A DNA stretch of 63,960 nucleotides, the filler included, from Reclinomonas americana ATCC 50394 (lineage: Eukaryota), in the NCBI GenBank assembly GCA_048213135.1. It is 54 parts of 54 records of this genome, joined end to end, with 100 filler letters (N's around TTAATTAATTAA, not from the genome) between each part and the next. Parts side by side here need not be neighbours in the genome. Positions count along the whole stretch, not along the records: positions 1 to 1,091 come from AFZH01026525.1; positions 1,192 to 2,284 come from AFZH01026526.1; positions 2,385 to 3,478 come from AFZH01026527.1; positions 3,579 to 4,671 come from AFZH01026528.1; positions 4,772 to 5,859 come from AFZH01026529.1; positions 5,960 to 7,050 come from AFZH01026530.1; positions 7,151 to 8,241 come from AFZH01026531.1; positions 8,342 to 9,432 come from AFZH01026532.1; 46 more parts are not named here. One strand, 5' to 3'. The notes beneath the pieces are model-generated. The model had not been told where the DNA came from. It saw only the letters and a program-made list of their open reading frames with translations, and did no database searches. Below, piece after piece: positions 1 to 12,450 of the stretch (positions are counted from its first letter, which is position 1; every line of letters starts with the position of its first letter). A program made the position numbers and the translations under genes.

Positions 1-622
1 GAGAGGGAGAGAGCTTCTCTCTCACAGTTACTTCCTCCTCTTTGTTGCGTTCTTCTTCTTCTCTCCTCTCTCTCACTGCTCCTGCCCCTCTCTCTTCTCT
101 TCTTCTTCGTCTTCTTCCCCTCTTCCCTCCTCTCCCCCTCCCTCTTGCATTCACGCAACATGCACAATGCGCTCTCGTTCTCTCAATCGATCCATGAACG
201 ACATATCCGCCTCATCGTCATTCCCATCACTGAAATCATCATCATCATCATCCAAGCTCGCAGTGCGCACACGAGGTCGACGTTGAGTGCGCACACTCGA
301 TGAACGGTCGGGCGACGCTGTGAAAGAGGAGACAGAGACAGAGAAAGAGAGTGTGTGAAGGACATGTCTTTCTCACTCTCGTTCGCTCTCTGTGTCAAGC
401 CTACCTGGCCAGTCAATGTCGCTGCGATCGAAGAAGCGATGTGTGGAGCTTGCCGTGGAGCCCGCGTCACTCATCATATCAAGGGGAGAGAAAACTGTAG
501 ACGATGATGGATATCAACTACATAACGCAAACGCTTACATGTCGTCCAATCGCAACGAGAAGAACAGACAGCAGTCGAGAGAAAAAGCCGAGGTGGGTAC
601 AATGCGGCCGCCCAAGCGCCAC

Positions 623-1091
623 TCAGTACTGAAAGGAAGAAGTGAGCCGGTCGACCCGGGAGCGCAGAGCAGACAACATGGTCTCGTAGTCGTGCATCTC
701 CGAAAAATGCCGCTTGAACTTCACTTCCTCGACCGCGCGCTGCGCCGGTGATATTTGGCGAAAAAACGCCTTCATCTCCTCCATCTCGAGGCGACGGATG
801 CCTATCCACTTCACAATGTCCTCGATCCGCTCGTGCAGCGCCGAGCACTGCAGCGATTCGATCAGTGCACAGTTTGACCCCATGTGCAAAGCACAGCCAA
901 TTGCAACAAACCAGCAGCATCTGCAGTTTCACCTCCCGGACCTCGGGTTTCAGCTTGAGCTCGAAGGTTGCGGCCATGAGTTGCTTCTCGCGCATCTCTG
1001 CCTGCTGGCGTTGCTCAAGAAGTTCGGCCTTCAGCTGCTGCTTGCGTTCTTTGGTTTTGTTCAGCTTGCACTCAAGTTGGGCCTTCTGCAG
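623..1091 (-). CDS. Hypothetical coiled-coil protein fragment (eukaryotic, spliced)
   Basis: E/K/Q/L-rich heptad-like translations (LQKAQLECKLNKTKERKQQLKAELLEQRQQAEMREKQL; LHERIEDIVKWIGIRRLEMEEMKAFF) in two frames separated by a probable intron. Confidence 0.35.
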
Positions 1092-1191
1092 NNNNNNNNN
1101 NNNNNNNNNNNNNNNNNNNNNNNNNNNNNNNNNNNTTAATTAATTAANNNNNNNNNNNNNNNNNNNNNNNNNNNNNNNNNNNNNNNNNNNN
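1092..1191. other. Artificial contig linker (representative of 53 such linkers in the window)
   Basis: About 44 N + TTAATTAATTAA (stops in all six frames) + about 44 N, repeated roughly every 1.19 kb. Composition changes abruptly across linkers. Confidence 0.99.
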
Positions 1192-1973
1192 TCGACTCAC
1201 TGGGCGATCCAGCGGCGCGCTATCAATCAACCGCAGCGTGTCCTCCACCTTCTTGATCGCACTGAAGCAGGTCGCATCGGCCGCCGACGCCTGCTCCGGC
1301 TCGAACCAGCGATCGTGCGGGTTGATCGGCGTCGGCTGATACCGAACCACTATTCAACAGAGACAAAGGTGAGTGGGCGTGCGAGGGAGGGAGGGGCGCG
1401 CAGGGAGAGACGCAACGCTCGCCCGTGGCCACTGTCCGCTCGGCCAGCGCCCACTCGCGCACCCACAGCACCTGCTTGAGCGAGGCCCGCCACGTCTTTT
1501 GCGCAAATCGAATGCTGCCCACGCGCTGTTGCTGCTGCTGTTGTTGCTGATGCTGTGCCCAATGTTCCCGCAAGTAGCGAATGAGCGATGTCCGTGTGTG
1601 GCCCTCGGCACTGCGATCGACGACCACCACATGCAATCCTTGTTGCAGATCGCGCATGATTCCCTTGTTGAAGGCATGCAGTGCCGCCGGAGGTCGCTCC
1701 AGTGACACGACCTTGATTGACTCGTGCTGCTCCCTCGCGCTCACCTCCAGATCGCAGTCCAGGTGCTTGCCCTTGTCGCGAGCGAGTGTGAGAGAGAGTT
1801 GTCTCTGTGTAGACTCTCTCACACACACGCGCGCGCGCAACTGTAAAGGGAGGGCCGACGAGGAAGGTGACATTAGAGTCTAGCACGAGTGCCTCCAGCG
1901 TGCCAGGCCCACCCACAGAGGAGCGACGACGCACAAGCATCGATCCGGACCCAACAAGGTCGATGTCGACCTG
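1192..1973 (-). CDS. Hypothetical spliced protein fragment, possibly containing a P-loop kinase-like segment
   Basis: Exon-like blocks bounded by GT/AG. LQQGLHVVVVDRSAEGHTR weakly resembles the Walker B region of PNKP/AAA_33-type kinases. Contains a poly-Q tract. Confidence 0.3.
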
Positions 1974-2384
1974 GAAAAAACAAAAGAGAAAAGAACGGAA
2001 ACCAGCGTGCGTGTGTGCGCTGGTGTCACTCCTCCTCTCTCTCTCACACACACACAGAAGCGTGAGCAGGTGTGCAGCCTGCGCGCGACGGAAGAAAATG
2101 GCGGGAGACGAACAGAGACAATCGCACGCGAGCGGGTTTGTCTTTGATTTTGCACACTCATGGGCGATACTGAGTTCTACACCAAGGTGGTGACACACAC
2201 GACACGTGTGCGTGGTGCTCCGGTCAACATCAACACCGGTGCGTTTCTGTGTGTTGCCCCCTGTTTGTTTGTGTGTGTGTGTGTNNNNNNNNNNNNNNNN
2301 NNNNNNNNNNNNNNNNNNNNNNNNNNNNTTAATTAATTAANNNNNNNNNNNNNNNNNNNNNNNNNNNNNNNNNNNNNNNNNNNN

Positions 2385-3478
2385 ATGCACACAATGTTAA
2401 TCTCACCAGTGGCGCACGACAAGAACGCTGAGCCGTCTGGAATGAAACGAGCAGCCAAAATAATGGTCGACAACGCCGGATGCCGCACAGTGCAGCGAGC
2501 CTTGTCGGTGGACAGGTCCCACACAGTGGCCGACTCGCCGTTGGCGGTCAAACCGACGGTGGGACCCGCTGGTGACAGGTGAGTCACAGTGACTAGAGGG
2601 CCTGCTTCGGTGATTTCGCGGCGGCATTCGCACGACTCGACATCCCACAGTTCAGCAGCATTTTCCGTGCCCAGCAGCAGAACCGTTCTGGGGACTGCCG
2701 CCTGTTTGGGTAGAGCGAGTAAAACCAACAGTAAGTCGGTGACGAGAGACGCCAGTGCAACGAAGGTAAAAAAAAAAGATCAGCACACCGAAGCTCTCCT
2801 TCGATGTGCGCCGGCCGCGACTGGGTTGGTTGAGTGGCGTCGCCGGTCAACCGTACAACCGACCGAGAGACTGAGAATCTCGCCATCGTGTGCCTGCAGC
2901 TTGCGAACGAGATGCCAGCGGACTGTACGCTCGTTGTCTTCGGAAATGCGACCATCGAAGCCCTCGCTGCCGAGAACTTCTGTGGCAGGCGCAGACGGTG
3001 CCGGAGAAGACAAGGGAGAGCTGTCGAGAAACTGGGATGCGCCACCGCCGCCACCGCCACCACCACCACCACCACTTCCATTGCCGCGCAGCTGCCACAG
3101 TTGCACAATGCCGTCGGCGCATCCAAATGCGAGTAGCAAACGCCCCCCATCGTCGTTGACTGAGAACGCCATACAACGAACAGTGCCTGCATAGTCCGGA
3201 ATGTCACACGTGCGCCTTCCGCACGTGGTGTCCCACAGTTCAATTGCACGGCTCGTCGCCGTTGCCACTCGCTCGCCATCGGGGCTTACTACTAGCGCCT
3301 CGATCGGAGCCTGCTTCGGCTTCACCGTCAAGTAAGGCTCCGTGAGGCACTCGGCCGGTGACCATCCGTGCAGCTGGCCGTCTTCACAGGCAACAAAGAG
3401 TACGTTGGTTGCAGGCGAGCTGGCCACAAACACGGTACTGCTCGAGTGCTGTGGGTGCGTACGTTTTTTGTCAGTTGC
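2385..3478 (-). CDS. WD40-repeat protein fragment (copy 1)
   Basis: Repeated WD blades (VSPDGERVATATSRAIELWD; FGCADGIVQLWQ; AHDGEILSL; TVWD) in ORFs 2780..3433 and 2333..2728, separated by an intron. Poly-Gly insert. Confidence 0.85.
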
Positions 3479-3578
3479 NNNNNNNNNNNNNNNNNNNNNN
3501 NNNNNNNNNNNNNNNNNNNNNNTTAATTAATTAANNNNNNNNNNNNNNNNNNNNNNNNNNNNNNNNNNNNNNNNNNNN

Positions 3579-4671
3579 GTGCTGTGCCGTAGGACGACGG
3601 TGCCTGCGAGGCCATTGGCACGTACTGCTGGTTGGACGAGACGCCAGTACTGTATGGCGACGCCGACGAACTGCTGCCGTACGAAGTAGCTGCGGGTGCG
3701 GGCACATAACCGCCACCAGCACCACCATTGCTTCCGTACGAGGGCGCGTAGTCGTACTGTTGCACCGCCGCATACGGATCCGCTGCGCACGCAACAAAAA
3801 AAAGTGTGAAACACACAATGAATGAATGTGGCGTGTAGGACACGCGCGCAACGCAACGAGCTCTGTACGCACTGCGATCGCCACCACCATACTGAGTCGG
3901 TGGCGCCGCGCCGGTCTGCCAGTTCAGCGCACCGCGCAACTCGCCGTCCTTGGCCTGCAACACCTCAATGTACCGACTGCCCATGTAGGTACGATCGAGC
4001 TTGAAGATGGCGCGCATGTCCTCATATGTCGGCAGCTCAACGTACGCTGCACGCACGACAATACACGCGTCAGCACATAATGCTGACGGGAGTGAGTTGA
4101 CAGCGGTCTGCCGCACCTTGTCCACTGAACCGACCAGTCTGGTCAAGAATGCGATGAATGCCGTTGGGGATGATGTTGATACCGCGCAGAAACTCTTGCA
4201 GCTCCTCCTCCGTGGCGTAGAACGGAATGCCACGCAGACGCGCAACAAACGGTGTGCTGCGGCGGCGCAAAAGCAAACAAAAAAACAACAATTGCCAGTG
4301 AGTGAACACAATGGCAACACCAACATCGGTCACCCACCGCGGCGCGCCCGACACATACAACACACAACACAACACAACACACATGCAGAGAAAACAAGGA
4401 TCGTGCACCCGACCTCCCACTCGTGGTGTATCGTGCCCCTCTGGGACCCTCTGCTCCACTGTAAGGCCCCGCTGCAGGTACACCATAGCCGTACGGATTC
4501 GGCACAGGGGCGACAGCCGCCACGGCGACGTGCGGTGCCGCCAAGATGGACGACTGTGGGTGCGGCTGGTGGTGCGACATGTGGTGCTGGAGCGGTACAG
4601 GTGCCGCGAGTATCGACCCCCCTGGACGAGTGGCAGGTGCAGATGCCGACGACGACGATGCAGTCGGTGCC
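3579..4671 (-). CDS. hnRNP F/H- or ESRP-like quasi-RRM RNA-binding protein fragment
   Basis: Spliced VARLRGIPFYATEEELQEFLRG...DQTGRFSGQ/AYVEL...YMGSRYIEVLQA is the qRRM signature. Flanked by Y/G/P-rich low-complexity sequence. Confidence 0.88.
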
Positions 4672-4771
4672 NNNNNNNNNNNNNNNNNNNNNNNNNNNNN
4701 NNNNNNNNNNNNNNNTTAATTAATTAANNNNNNNNNNNNNNNNNNNNNNNNNNNNNNNNNNNNNNNNNNNN

Positions 4772-4829
<58 letters not shown>

Positions 4830-4866
4830 GCGCGTGCATGCAGGTACTCTTGTGACCACTACGAAC

Positions 4867-5577
4867 CTCCATCAGCTTGGTCTGGCTGACCGGGCACACG
4901 TGGTCCACACTGCACGCGACGAAATGTGAGCACTGATGTTCCGCTGTGATCACTGGATAAGTGTAACATACCCAAGAGCGTGGCCGAGCTCGTGAGCGAG
5001 CACGTTGCGGAAACCACGGAAGTTGTTGTTCTTGGCGCCAGTGCTGGCGTACCACGTGTCGGTGGCGTCAAGCACCATCTGCCGTCGCACACATACACTC
5101 GCGTGAGCACGAAGAGAGAGACTACGCGATGCGAGAAAAGACGCAACATCGCCAGTGTTGGGGAAGTAGCAGTAGGCCAGAATGCCGCTGTTGCCGTCAA
5201 TCGGCTGTGCGCACAGCGGGTGAGTGATGATGATGATGATGGATCGAAATAGTGCTGCTGTGTAGTGGCACTCACCCGCGCGGAAATGCGGACATCGCCA
5301 CGAACGTTCAAGGCACCGGCCGAGCTCGGGAAGGCGGCACCGTCGTCGGTGGCCTGCTCCACGAACTTGATGCACGAGTTGGCAGACCAGGCGTCGAAGA
5401 TCCTGTCGGATGGTGAGTGACAGAGAAAGAAGAAGAAGAAGAAGAAACAAAGACAACGAAACTGCTTGAACAGTGGCTTCCAGACGCCAGCACCATAGGT
5501 GGCATCCAGCCACGAGTTCAGGGTGCTGCCGACGGACGGCTTGGTCGAGTCGACGCCGTTGGGGATCAGAGTGCCAT
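4867..5577 (-). CDS. Matrixin (peptidase M10, metzincin) catalytic domain, 5 exons visible
   Basis: Splicing gives ...FDAWSANSCIKFVEQATDDGAAFP...RGDVRISAR/PIDGNSGILAYCYFPNTGD/MVLD...RNVLAHELGHALG/VDHVCPVSQTKLME, with the HExxHxxGxxH zinc motif and Met-turn. Confidence 0.9.
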
Positions 5578-5958
5578 CTGTGCGAAGGGGGGAGGGTGAG
5601 AAGGCGAAGGGGGAGGGTGAGAAGGAGAAGGGAGAGGAGGAGAAGGGAGAGGAGGAGAAGGGAGAGGAGGAGAAGGGCGAGAAGGAGAAGGGCGAGAAGG
5701 AGAAGGGAGAGAAGGAGAAGGGAGAGAAGGAGAAGGGATAGAAGGAGAAGGGAGAGAAGGCTGCTGTACGGCCAAGGCGGATGTACGGTACAGCAGAGGC
5801 CGCCACGCTGGGGGGTGCGACGCTGATCGAGATCGACGAGGCGGTGGTGGTGATCTGTGNNNNNNNNNNNNNNNNNNNNNNNNNNNNNNNNNNNNNNNNN
5901 NNNTTAATTAATTAANNNNNNNNNNNNNNNNNNNNNNNNNNNNNNNNNNNNNNNNNNN

Positions 5959-6969
5959 NGAGGGTGGTGGAAGTGGCAGTGAGTTTGATGTGTTGGAGCA
6001 GGAGGAGAATGTGCGTCTGCGACATCGGATGAAGGAGCTGGAGACGGCGCTCGCGCGATTTGGGTACACGGTGGGAGAGAATGGAGGAGGCGGCAGTGGC
6101 AGCAAATCGTCTGCTCCCCCTGCCATGCTCTCGCCTGTCTCTGCGGCTGCTGCCATGGCTGGTGAGCTCCATCGCTGCGTGTCTATTCTTGGAGAGTGTG
6201 TGGCTCACGCACCATGGCAGGCGGTGAGGCGAATCGCCTGCCGAGAAAACTCAGTCCGCGAGACAATGGTGGCCTGGATCGTCCGACGGGAATGCCACGG
6301 CGACAGAGTGTCGCACTGCTCACACCATCGAATGGATCGTCGCAGCCGTCGAGCAGTTCAAACAGTCCCACAAGATCGCCGTCCACGTGCGTCTGTCACG
6401 CTTGCCGCCGTCGCCCATGCTCCCCTCGCCCTGACTCGGCGACCCTCCTCACAGTTCGTTCATCGACATTGAGGTGCTGAAGAAGAACGTGGCCGAGCTG
6501 AATGCCCTCTGCGGAGAGGACGAGTGCGAGGTGCACACGGACGCCCGAGGACAGGCCCGGTTCGAGAAGAGACCGACTATTCCCATTGTGTTTTTCAAGA
6601 ACGGTATCTGTGTCAACTCGGGACCGTTCCGGCCGTATGCGTGGCCGATCACACAAGGCTTTGTGTCGGACCTGATGGACGGGTACATTCCGTACGAGTT
6701 CAAGGACTCGCACCCCGAGGGTGTGCTGTTGACGGTGATTGACAATCTCAAACAAGACCACGCGCCACCGAAACCCGGAGTGGAGAAGGTGATTCTCCTT
6801 TGCTTGCGCGGAAAGGCAGTTGTGTGTGACTCACAGGTGAGCACAACCAGGCACCGGATCCGTCGTTCCACGGCATGTTGGTCGACGAGCACAAGCCGCT
6901 GGATAAGAAGCGCTTGTTGGAGAAGCTACCGAAGCAGGTGGTGAAGAACGGGAAGCTGATTAACCTGCG
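5959..6969 (+). CDS. UBXN11: UBXN11 (Socius)-like SEP-domain p97 cofactor fragment
   Basis: IPIVFFKNGICVNSGPFRPY...FVSDLMDGYIPYEFKDSHPEGV and LLEKLPKQVVKNGKLINLR match UBXN11 blocks; N-terminal coiled coil. Confidence 0.8.
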
Positions 6970-7150
6970 GTATGTGGTGGAGAGAGATGGGGGGGGGGAG
7001 AGGAAGGGAGAGAGAGGGGGAGAGGGAGGGAAGGAAGGAGGGAGGGAGAANNNNNNNNNNNNNNNNNNNNNNNNNNNNNNNNNNNNNNNNNNNNTTAATT
7101 AATTAANNNNNNNNNNNNNNNNNNNNNNNNNNNNNNNNNNNNNNNNNNNN

Positions 7151-8241
7151 CCACCGGTGTACCTGGCGCTGCGGGTGCTCCTGGTGGTGCTGGGCCAGCA
7201 GGTGCCGACCGGTTGGTGGCGGCCTGCTGTTGCCGTACCATATTTGCGTACATGCCATTCGCCTGCATCAGCTCCTGATGTGTGCCACTCTCCCGGATTT
7301 CACCGGCCGAAATCACGGCGACGCGGTCGGCCTTGAGGATGGTGTTGAGTCGGTGAGAGATGACGAGCACGGTTCGTCCAACAACCAGCTGCACAAAGAG
7401 GTGAGTCGAAAACAGACGAAGAATGAATGAAAACAAGTACTTCACCGCACCTCATCAATAGCACGCTGCACTTCCAGTTCGGCATGCGCATCGAGAGCAC
7501 TTGTGGCCTACGCGACGCACGGACATGGTGAGTCACACAAAGAGCACACACGAGTGTCCTAAACGGCGACGCACCTCATCGAGCAACAGAATTGGCGCAT
7601 CCTTGATGAGAGCGCGTGCCACCGCCACACTGCAGACCAGCGAGAGAGAGAGAGCGCCACAAAATGAGAAGACAATGCGCGGACAGACGACTGCGGAAAG
7701 TGGGGGGAAAACAGACGCACCGCTGCTTCTGTCCACCACTCAGCAGCGTCTCCTTTGGACCGATCTTGGTCTGGTACTTTTGCGGAAGCTCCATGATGAA
7801 ATCGTGGCAATTGGCCTGCACGAAGCAGCACGTGTGAGTAATCCAGGCCGCGGTCCGAGTTGCGCAGCAACACGCATTCACCTTGATGGCCGCCGCCTCC
7901 ACCATCTCCGGGGTGGCAAACAGCGATCCGTAGGAAATGTTGTCAAAAACGGTGCCCGTGAAAATGACCGGCTCCTGGGTGACAATGGCGATATTACGGC
8001 GCAACCATGCCACATCGACACCTTGCAGCTGCATGTGCAAGCACGAGCGGTGAGCAATCGACACGAATGCAGGCGTCTTGGCTCAGCTCAGCGACCACGC
8101 AACATCCATGCCGTCCAGCGTGATGGTGCCGCGTGTCGGCGCGTAGAAGCGCAGCAGCAGCGAGAAGAGCGACGACTTGCCGCCGCCACTGGGGCCGACA
8201 ATGGCCGTCATCTGGCCGCGGTGGAACTCCAAGTTGACATT
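7151..8241 (-). CDS. ABCB-family transporter, C-terminal nucleotide-binding domain (6 exons)
   Basis: Walker [11 protein letters not shown]-loop VTQEP, signature LSGGQKQR, Walker B ILLLDE/ATSALD, H-loop ISHRL. Confidence 0.95.
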
Positions 8242-8359
8242 NNNNNNNNNNNNNNNNNNNNNNNNNNNNNNNNNNNNNNNNNNNNTTAATTAATTAANNN
8301 NNNNNNNNNNNNNNNNNNNNNNNNNNNNNNNNNNNNNNNNNCTTGCCTGCGACAGACCT

Positions 8360-9390
8360 GTCGTGGTGCCCACGGCCACGTGCATGCCATCTGACATGAA
8401 CGACACACACGTGAGAGGGCTGTCGTTGGTGAGGCACTTGATCAGCCTGCAGTGCACTGTCAGTAGCAGAACGCGCATGGCTGGGTGGAGTCAGTGAGTG
8501 AGCGACGCGCAACTTCTTGTCCTTGACGTCGTAGAACAGCAAGCGCTTATCGAGACCCGAGCTGCACATCAGCAGGTTGTTCACCGGCGAGAAACACACC
8601 CCTGCAGTCGCACACGTGAGCAACGCCACGAGACAACTCTCGTTGCGGGTGACTATCACATACGAACCGCTGCACGGGGCCTTGTGCTGCGAAAAGCTGT
8701 GAAACACGTTGCGCGAGTGCACATCCCACAGATACACCGTGCCACTGTCGCAGGCGCCGGCCAGGATCGACTTGCGGAAGGGGCTGTACTGGATCGCACG
8801 CACCGCCTGCGCGAGTGCTCACCATCAGCACTCTAAACCAACGAAGAACGAAAGCACACACACACACACGAACCTGACCACTCTCGGAGCGGAACGATCC
8901 CACCGCCTGCTGCAACGCCACCGAGTGCAACAGGACTTCGCCACTGGCCGAGCTCGACGCCAAGTGCGTGTCGCTGGTGTTGAATGCCAGCGAGCAGATC
9001 GTGTCCGTGTGGCCCTGCAACGACGACGACGAGTCGATTCAGCGCAAGGACACGAGCACAAGAAAGAGAGAGAGAGAGAGACTTCAGCGTTACCTTGAGC
9101 TCCTGCAGCACCTCGCGCTTCCGCACATCCCACACTCGAATGATACGATCGGCGCCACCGCTGCACATGTACTTGGAGCCTGAGGACAAGCACAGGCCAT
9201 ACAGAGGGTTCTACGACACAGGACGAGCAATGAGCGCAGGAGGGCACTGTGAGGTGAGAGAACGAGAGGAGACGCACGGCTGAGGAGGAGTCAACGTCGC
9301 GGAAGGTGGCCAGTGGCGATCCCGTGGCATGACTGAGCACAATCACGCCATCTTCTCCCGCGCTCAGCAGGAACTGATCTGTGTCGCCCG
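8360..9390 (-). CDS. NEDD1: NEDD1 / GCP-WD gamma-tubulin ring complex targeting protein, N-terminal WD40 domain
   Basis: IQYSPFRKSILAGACDSGTVYLWD, HKAPCSG/VCFSPVNNLLMCSSGLDKRLLFYD and SPLTCVSFMSDG are characteristic NEDD1 blades. Confidence 0.88.
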
Positions 9391-9584
9391 CAAACAACAA
9401 CAACAATGAGACACTCGTGAGCAACAACAACTNNNNNNNNNNNNNNNNNNNNNNNNNNNNNNNNNNNNNNNNNNNNTTAATTAATTAANNNNNNNNNNNN
9501 NNNNNNNNNNNNNNNNNNNNNNNNNNNNNNNNGCGTAGTTAGTCGCCGACACCAGTGTTTCTCGAAAGCAAGAAATGTAACGCA

Positions 9585-10450
9585 ACACGGCGACACGCAG
9601 TTGCGGCTCGTCTTTCAGGCGCAAGATTTCGCAGAGAACGGGTGCAAACGGCAGCTCCACAGGGTTGATGAGGTCTGTCGACGCAGGTGAGAAATGAGGC
9701 CAGAGAATCGAGGAGAGGAGAGAGCACTCACCGAATGTCACCACATCAAACGTCTTGAGTTGCTTGTCTTGCGGGCATGTCGTGCACAGGTACGCGCCAT
9801 TGTGGCTCAGTGCCATTCCTCGTACAGGGCCTGACAGACCAGACGAATGAATCACTGACGCAGAGAGTGCACGGACGACAGCTCCAACACACACCGAGAT
9901 GAGCGCGGTAGTTCTTCACAAACTCGATACCCTCGGGCATCTTCTTCCAGAATTTGACATGACCATCCTCCGACGCCGTAATGACAAAGTTGGTGGACGA
10001 CACCATGGTGTGCGTAACTGTGGCGCGGTGCATGTAGCTGCGCTCGTACATGTCCGCACACGGCAGTGCCGTCTCGTACAACTCGCCAAAGTCGAGAGCT
10101 GCGACGGAGACAGCGTGAGTGAGGCGGAGCACCACGGGAAAAAGGAGGAAGGGGAAACGAGTGACTCAACAGCGACTGACACGACCATCGTCTTTGACGG
10201 TAATCAGCAGCGGAGCGTACGGCGATGCAGAAGCAGACGGCGATTGTGGACCACCGGCACCAGCAGCCTCGTCGTCGTCTTCCCCTTGGTCCTGACCAGG
10301 CTTGGGTCGCGGTGGGCCAGCTTCGTCGTCCGACATGTCGTCGCTGGGCGGTGGAGGTCTTGGTGGACCCTGCTCGTCGTCGGAGAGGTCGGCGCCTTGA
10401 GCTGCCGGTGGCGGCCGTGGCGGTCCCTGCTCTTCGTCACTGTCCGACAT
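9585..10450 (-). CDS. PPWD1: PPWD1 / CYP71 cyclophilin-WD40 protein, N-terminal part
   Basis: LPCADMYERSYMHR...FVITASEDGHVKFWKK..EGIEFVKNYRAHLG, KTFDVVTF/DLIN; acidic GPPRP-repeat N-terminus. Confidence 0.93.
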
Positions 10451-10759
10451 TTCTGCGTCGCCTCTTGGTGGTGGTGGCGGTGGTGGTGGTGGACGGGGTG
10501 GGCCCTCGTCCTCCTCCTCCTCCTCTTCCAGCTTGTGAGCTTTCCTCGCCTGCTTTCGTGGAGATGGCGCGGCGGCAGGCGGTGGTGGTGGAGGCGGCGG
10601 CGATGGAGCGCGAGCGGGAGCCNNNNNNNNNNNNNNNNNNNNNNNNNNNNNNNNNNNNNNNNNNNNTTAATTAATTAANNNNNNNNNNNNNNNNNNNNNN
10701 NNNNNNNNNNNNNNNNNNNNNNTTCAAGTGATGACAACGGCCATGTCACGCGACCCAAC

Positions 10760-11340
10760 CTTGCTCGGGTTCGTTGACATCATCCGCCACCATTCCCGGA
10801 TCCGTCTCCTCCGCCTGAAGCCACCGCCAACCAGCGGCCACATTGCCATCAGCACGTGCGGCGTCACGGGCGTCCACCAGTGACTTCCTCTGCGAAAGGG
10901 CGAACATGGCGCGTACACAATCAGTTTACACATCTCGATACAAACGTGACAGCGCTGCTCAAGTTTACCGACGCTCTCTCCAGACACCACTGGACGCGCG
11001 TGTCGTAATCAATGTCGTCAGCAGCCTCGTCGAATTCAGCAACGTCAAGCGCCATGAGCAAGTCTCTCATCTCCACTTGCCGCACAAACTGATCGGGGGC
11101 ACCGCGGCCAACATCGGCAACCTCCAAGGCAAAACGGCGCGTAAATGCGCGCGGAGCACGAAGAGCGGGTGCAGCGGGTGCAGCTGACATGCGCACACCA
11201 GGCACGCGCACAGCAGCGTCCCCTTGCGGGTCAGGGCCACGGAGACCGGTACCTGTGTCCTCTTCCATGGCCTCCTCGGTCGCAGGCATCTCATGTTCGT
11301 GTTCGTCACCACCGACATTCTTCATCTCAGCGTCGTCCAT
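10760..11340 (-). CDS. Hypothetical protein, 5' end (spliced), divergent from the ankyrin gene
   Basis: ATG at 11340 next to an AT-rich spacer; acidic N-terminus; GT-AG introns keep the frame. Confidence 0.45.
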
Positions 11341-11458
11341 GCTGATGGAAATTTTTTAATTTTGTGGAAATGAAATTTGTGGAGGGAGCTGCAATTGTTG
11401 TTGTTGTTGCGCTAACAAACCAAACCCTCATTTCTATTCTCTCTCGTCGTTTATCGCG

Positions 11459-11812
11459 ATGACGATGCACCGAGCAGTGCTGCTGCTGGTCGCCACCGTG
11501 CTCTTGCTGTGTGTGCTGGCTGCAGGCGAGGGCGAGGAACACCAGATCGCCATGTTACGTCATCATCTACGCAGTGAGTCGCATTCACCGCACCACCACT
11601 CACCGATGCGACAGTGACGATGTGAGTGCACAGCTGCTGGTGACGTCGTCGACGGGCGATGTGGAGTCTGTGCGACGCATTGTCAGCAACAGCGCGGTGA
11701 CGGCACAACGAGTGGCGCGCATGGTGAATGAGAACCAGCAGACGCCACTGCATGTGGCGGCCTTCCACGGACACGAGGAGGTGGTGCGTGTGCTCCTGGA
11801 CGAGCTGCAGGA
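11459..11812 (+). CDS. Signal-peptide-bearing ankyrin-repeat protein, 5' end
   Basis: MTMHRAVLLLVATVLLLCVLAAG signal peptide. Intron 11554-11614 joins it in frame to ...VNENQQTPLHVAAFHGHEEVVRVLL (ankyrin consensus). Confidence 0.8.
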
Positions 11813-11946
11813 NNNNNNNNNNNNNNNNNNNNNNNNNNNNNNNNNNNNNNNNNNNNTTAATTAATTAANNNNNNNNNNNNNNNNNNNNNNNNNNNNNNNN
11901 NNNNNNNNNNNNAAGGGAGGGTGGAAGAGACAGAAGAGAACGGAGT

Positions 11947-12450
11947 GCACGAAGAAGGAGGCGGATTACGAGAAGAAGAAGGGAACAGGAACCATGATTT
12001 ACCCGCACGAAGAAGAAGGCGGATTACGAGAAGAAGAAGGGAGCAGGAACCATGACGTGAAATGAGTGCACAACTTGCGTCGAGAGATAAGAAGGAAACA
12101 GGGAGAATGAAAGAGCGGAGAAAAAGAATGGACTGCTGGTGCAATAGCGTTGCCAACGCGGCGAAGGAGGCGGATTACGAGAAAGGGAGAACAGAAAGAG
12201 AGAGAAGACAGCGGAGGAAAAGAAGGAGAATGGGAGAGAGAAAGAGCGGAGAGAGAATGGAGTGCGGCGTGTTACGAGATGAGGAGAACAGAAGAGGAGA
12301 ACTGAAACTATGCAGAGCAACTTGCGTTCGGAGAGAAGAAGGAGAGGGAAAGAGAGAAAGAGAGAAGAGAGAAGAGAGAACAGAAGAGGAGAACTGAAAC
12401 TGTGCAGAAGAACTTGTGTTTGGAAGAGAAGAAGGAGAGGGAAAGAGACA
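11947..12450. repeat. Purine-rich region with two short imperfect tandem duplications
   Basis: cacgaagaag..ggcggattacgagaagaagaaggg..caggaaccatga occurs twice (about 11948 and 12006); gagaacagaagaggagaactgaaact.tgcag occurs twice (about 12284 and 12376). Confidence 0.75.

Noticed and set aside
1136..1147. Regularly spaced TTAATTAATTAA as a biological repeat or array
   Set aside because: Always centred in N runs; it is an artificial six-frame-stop linker.
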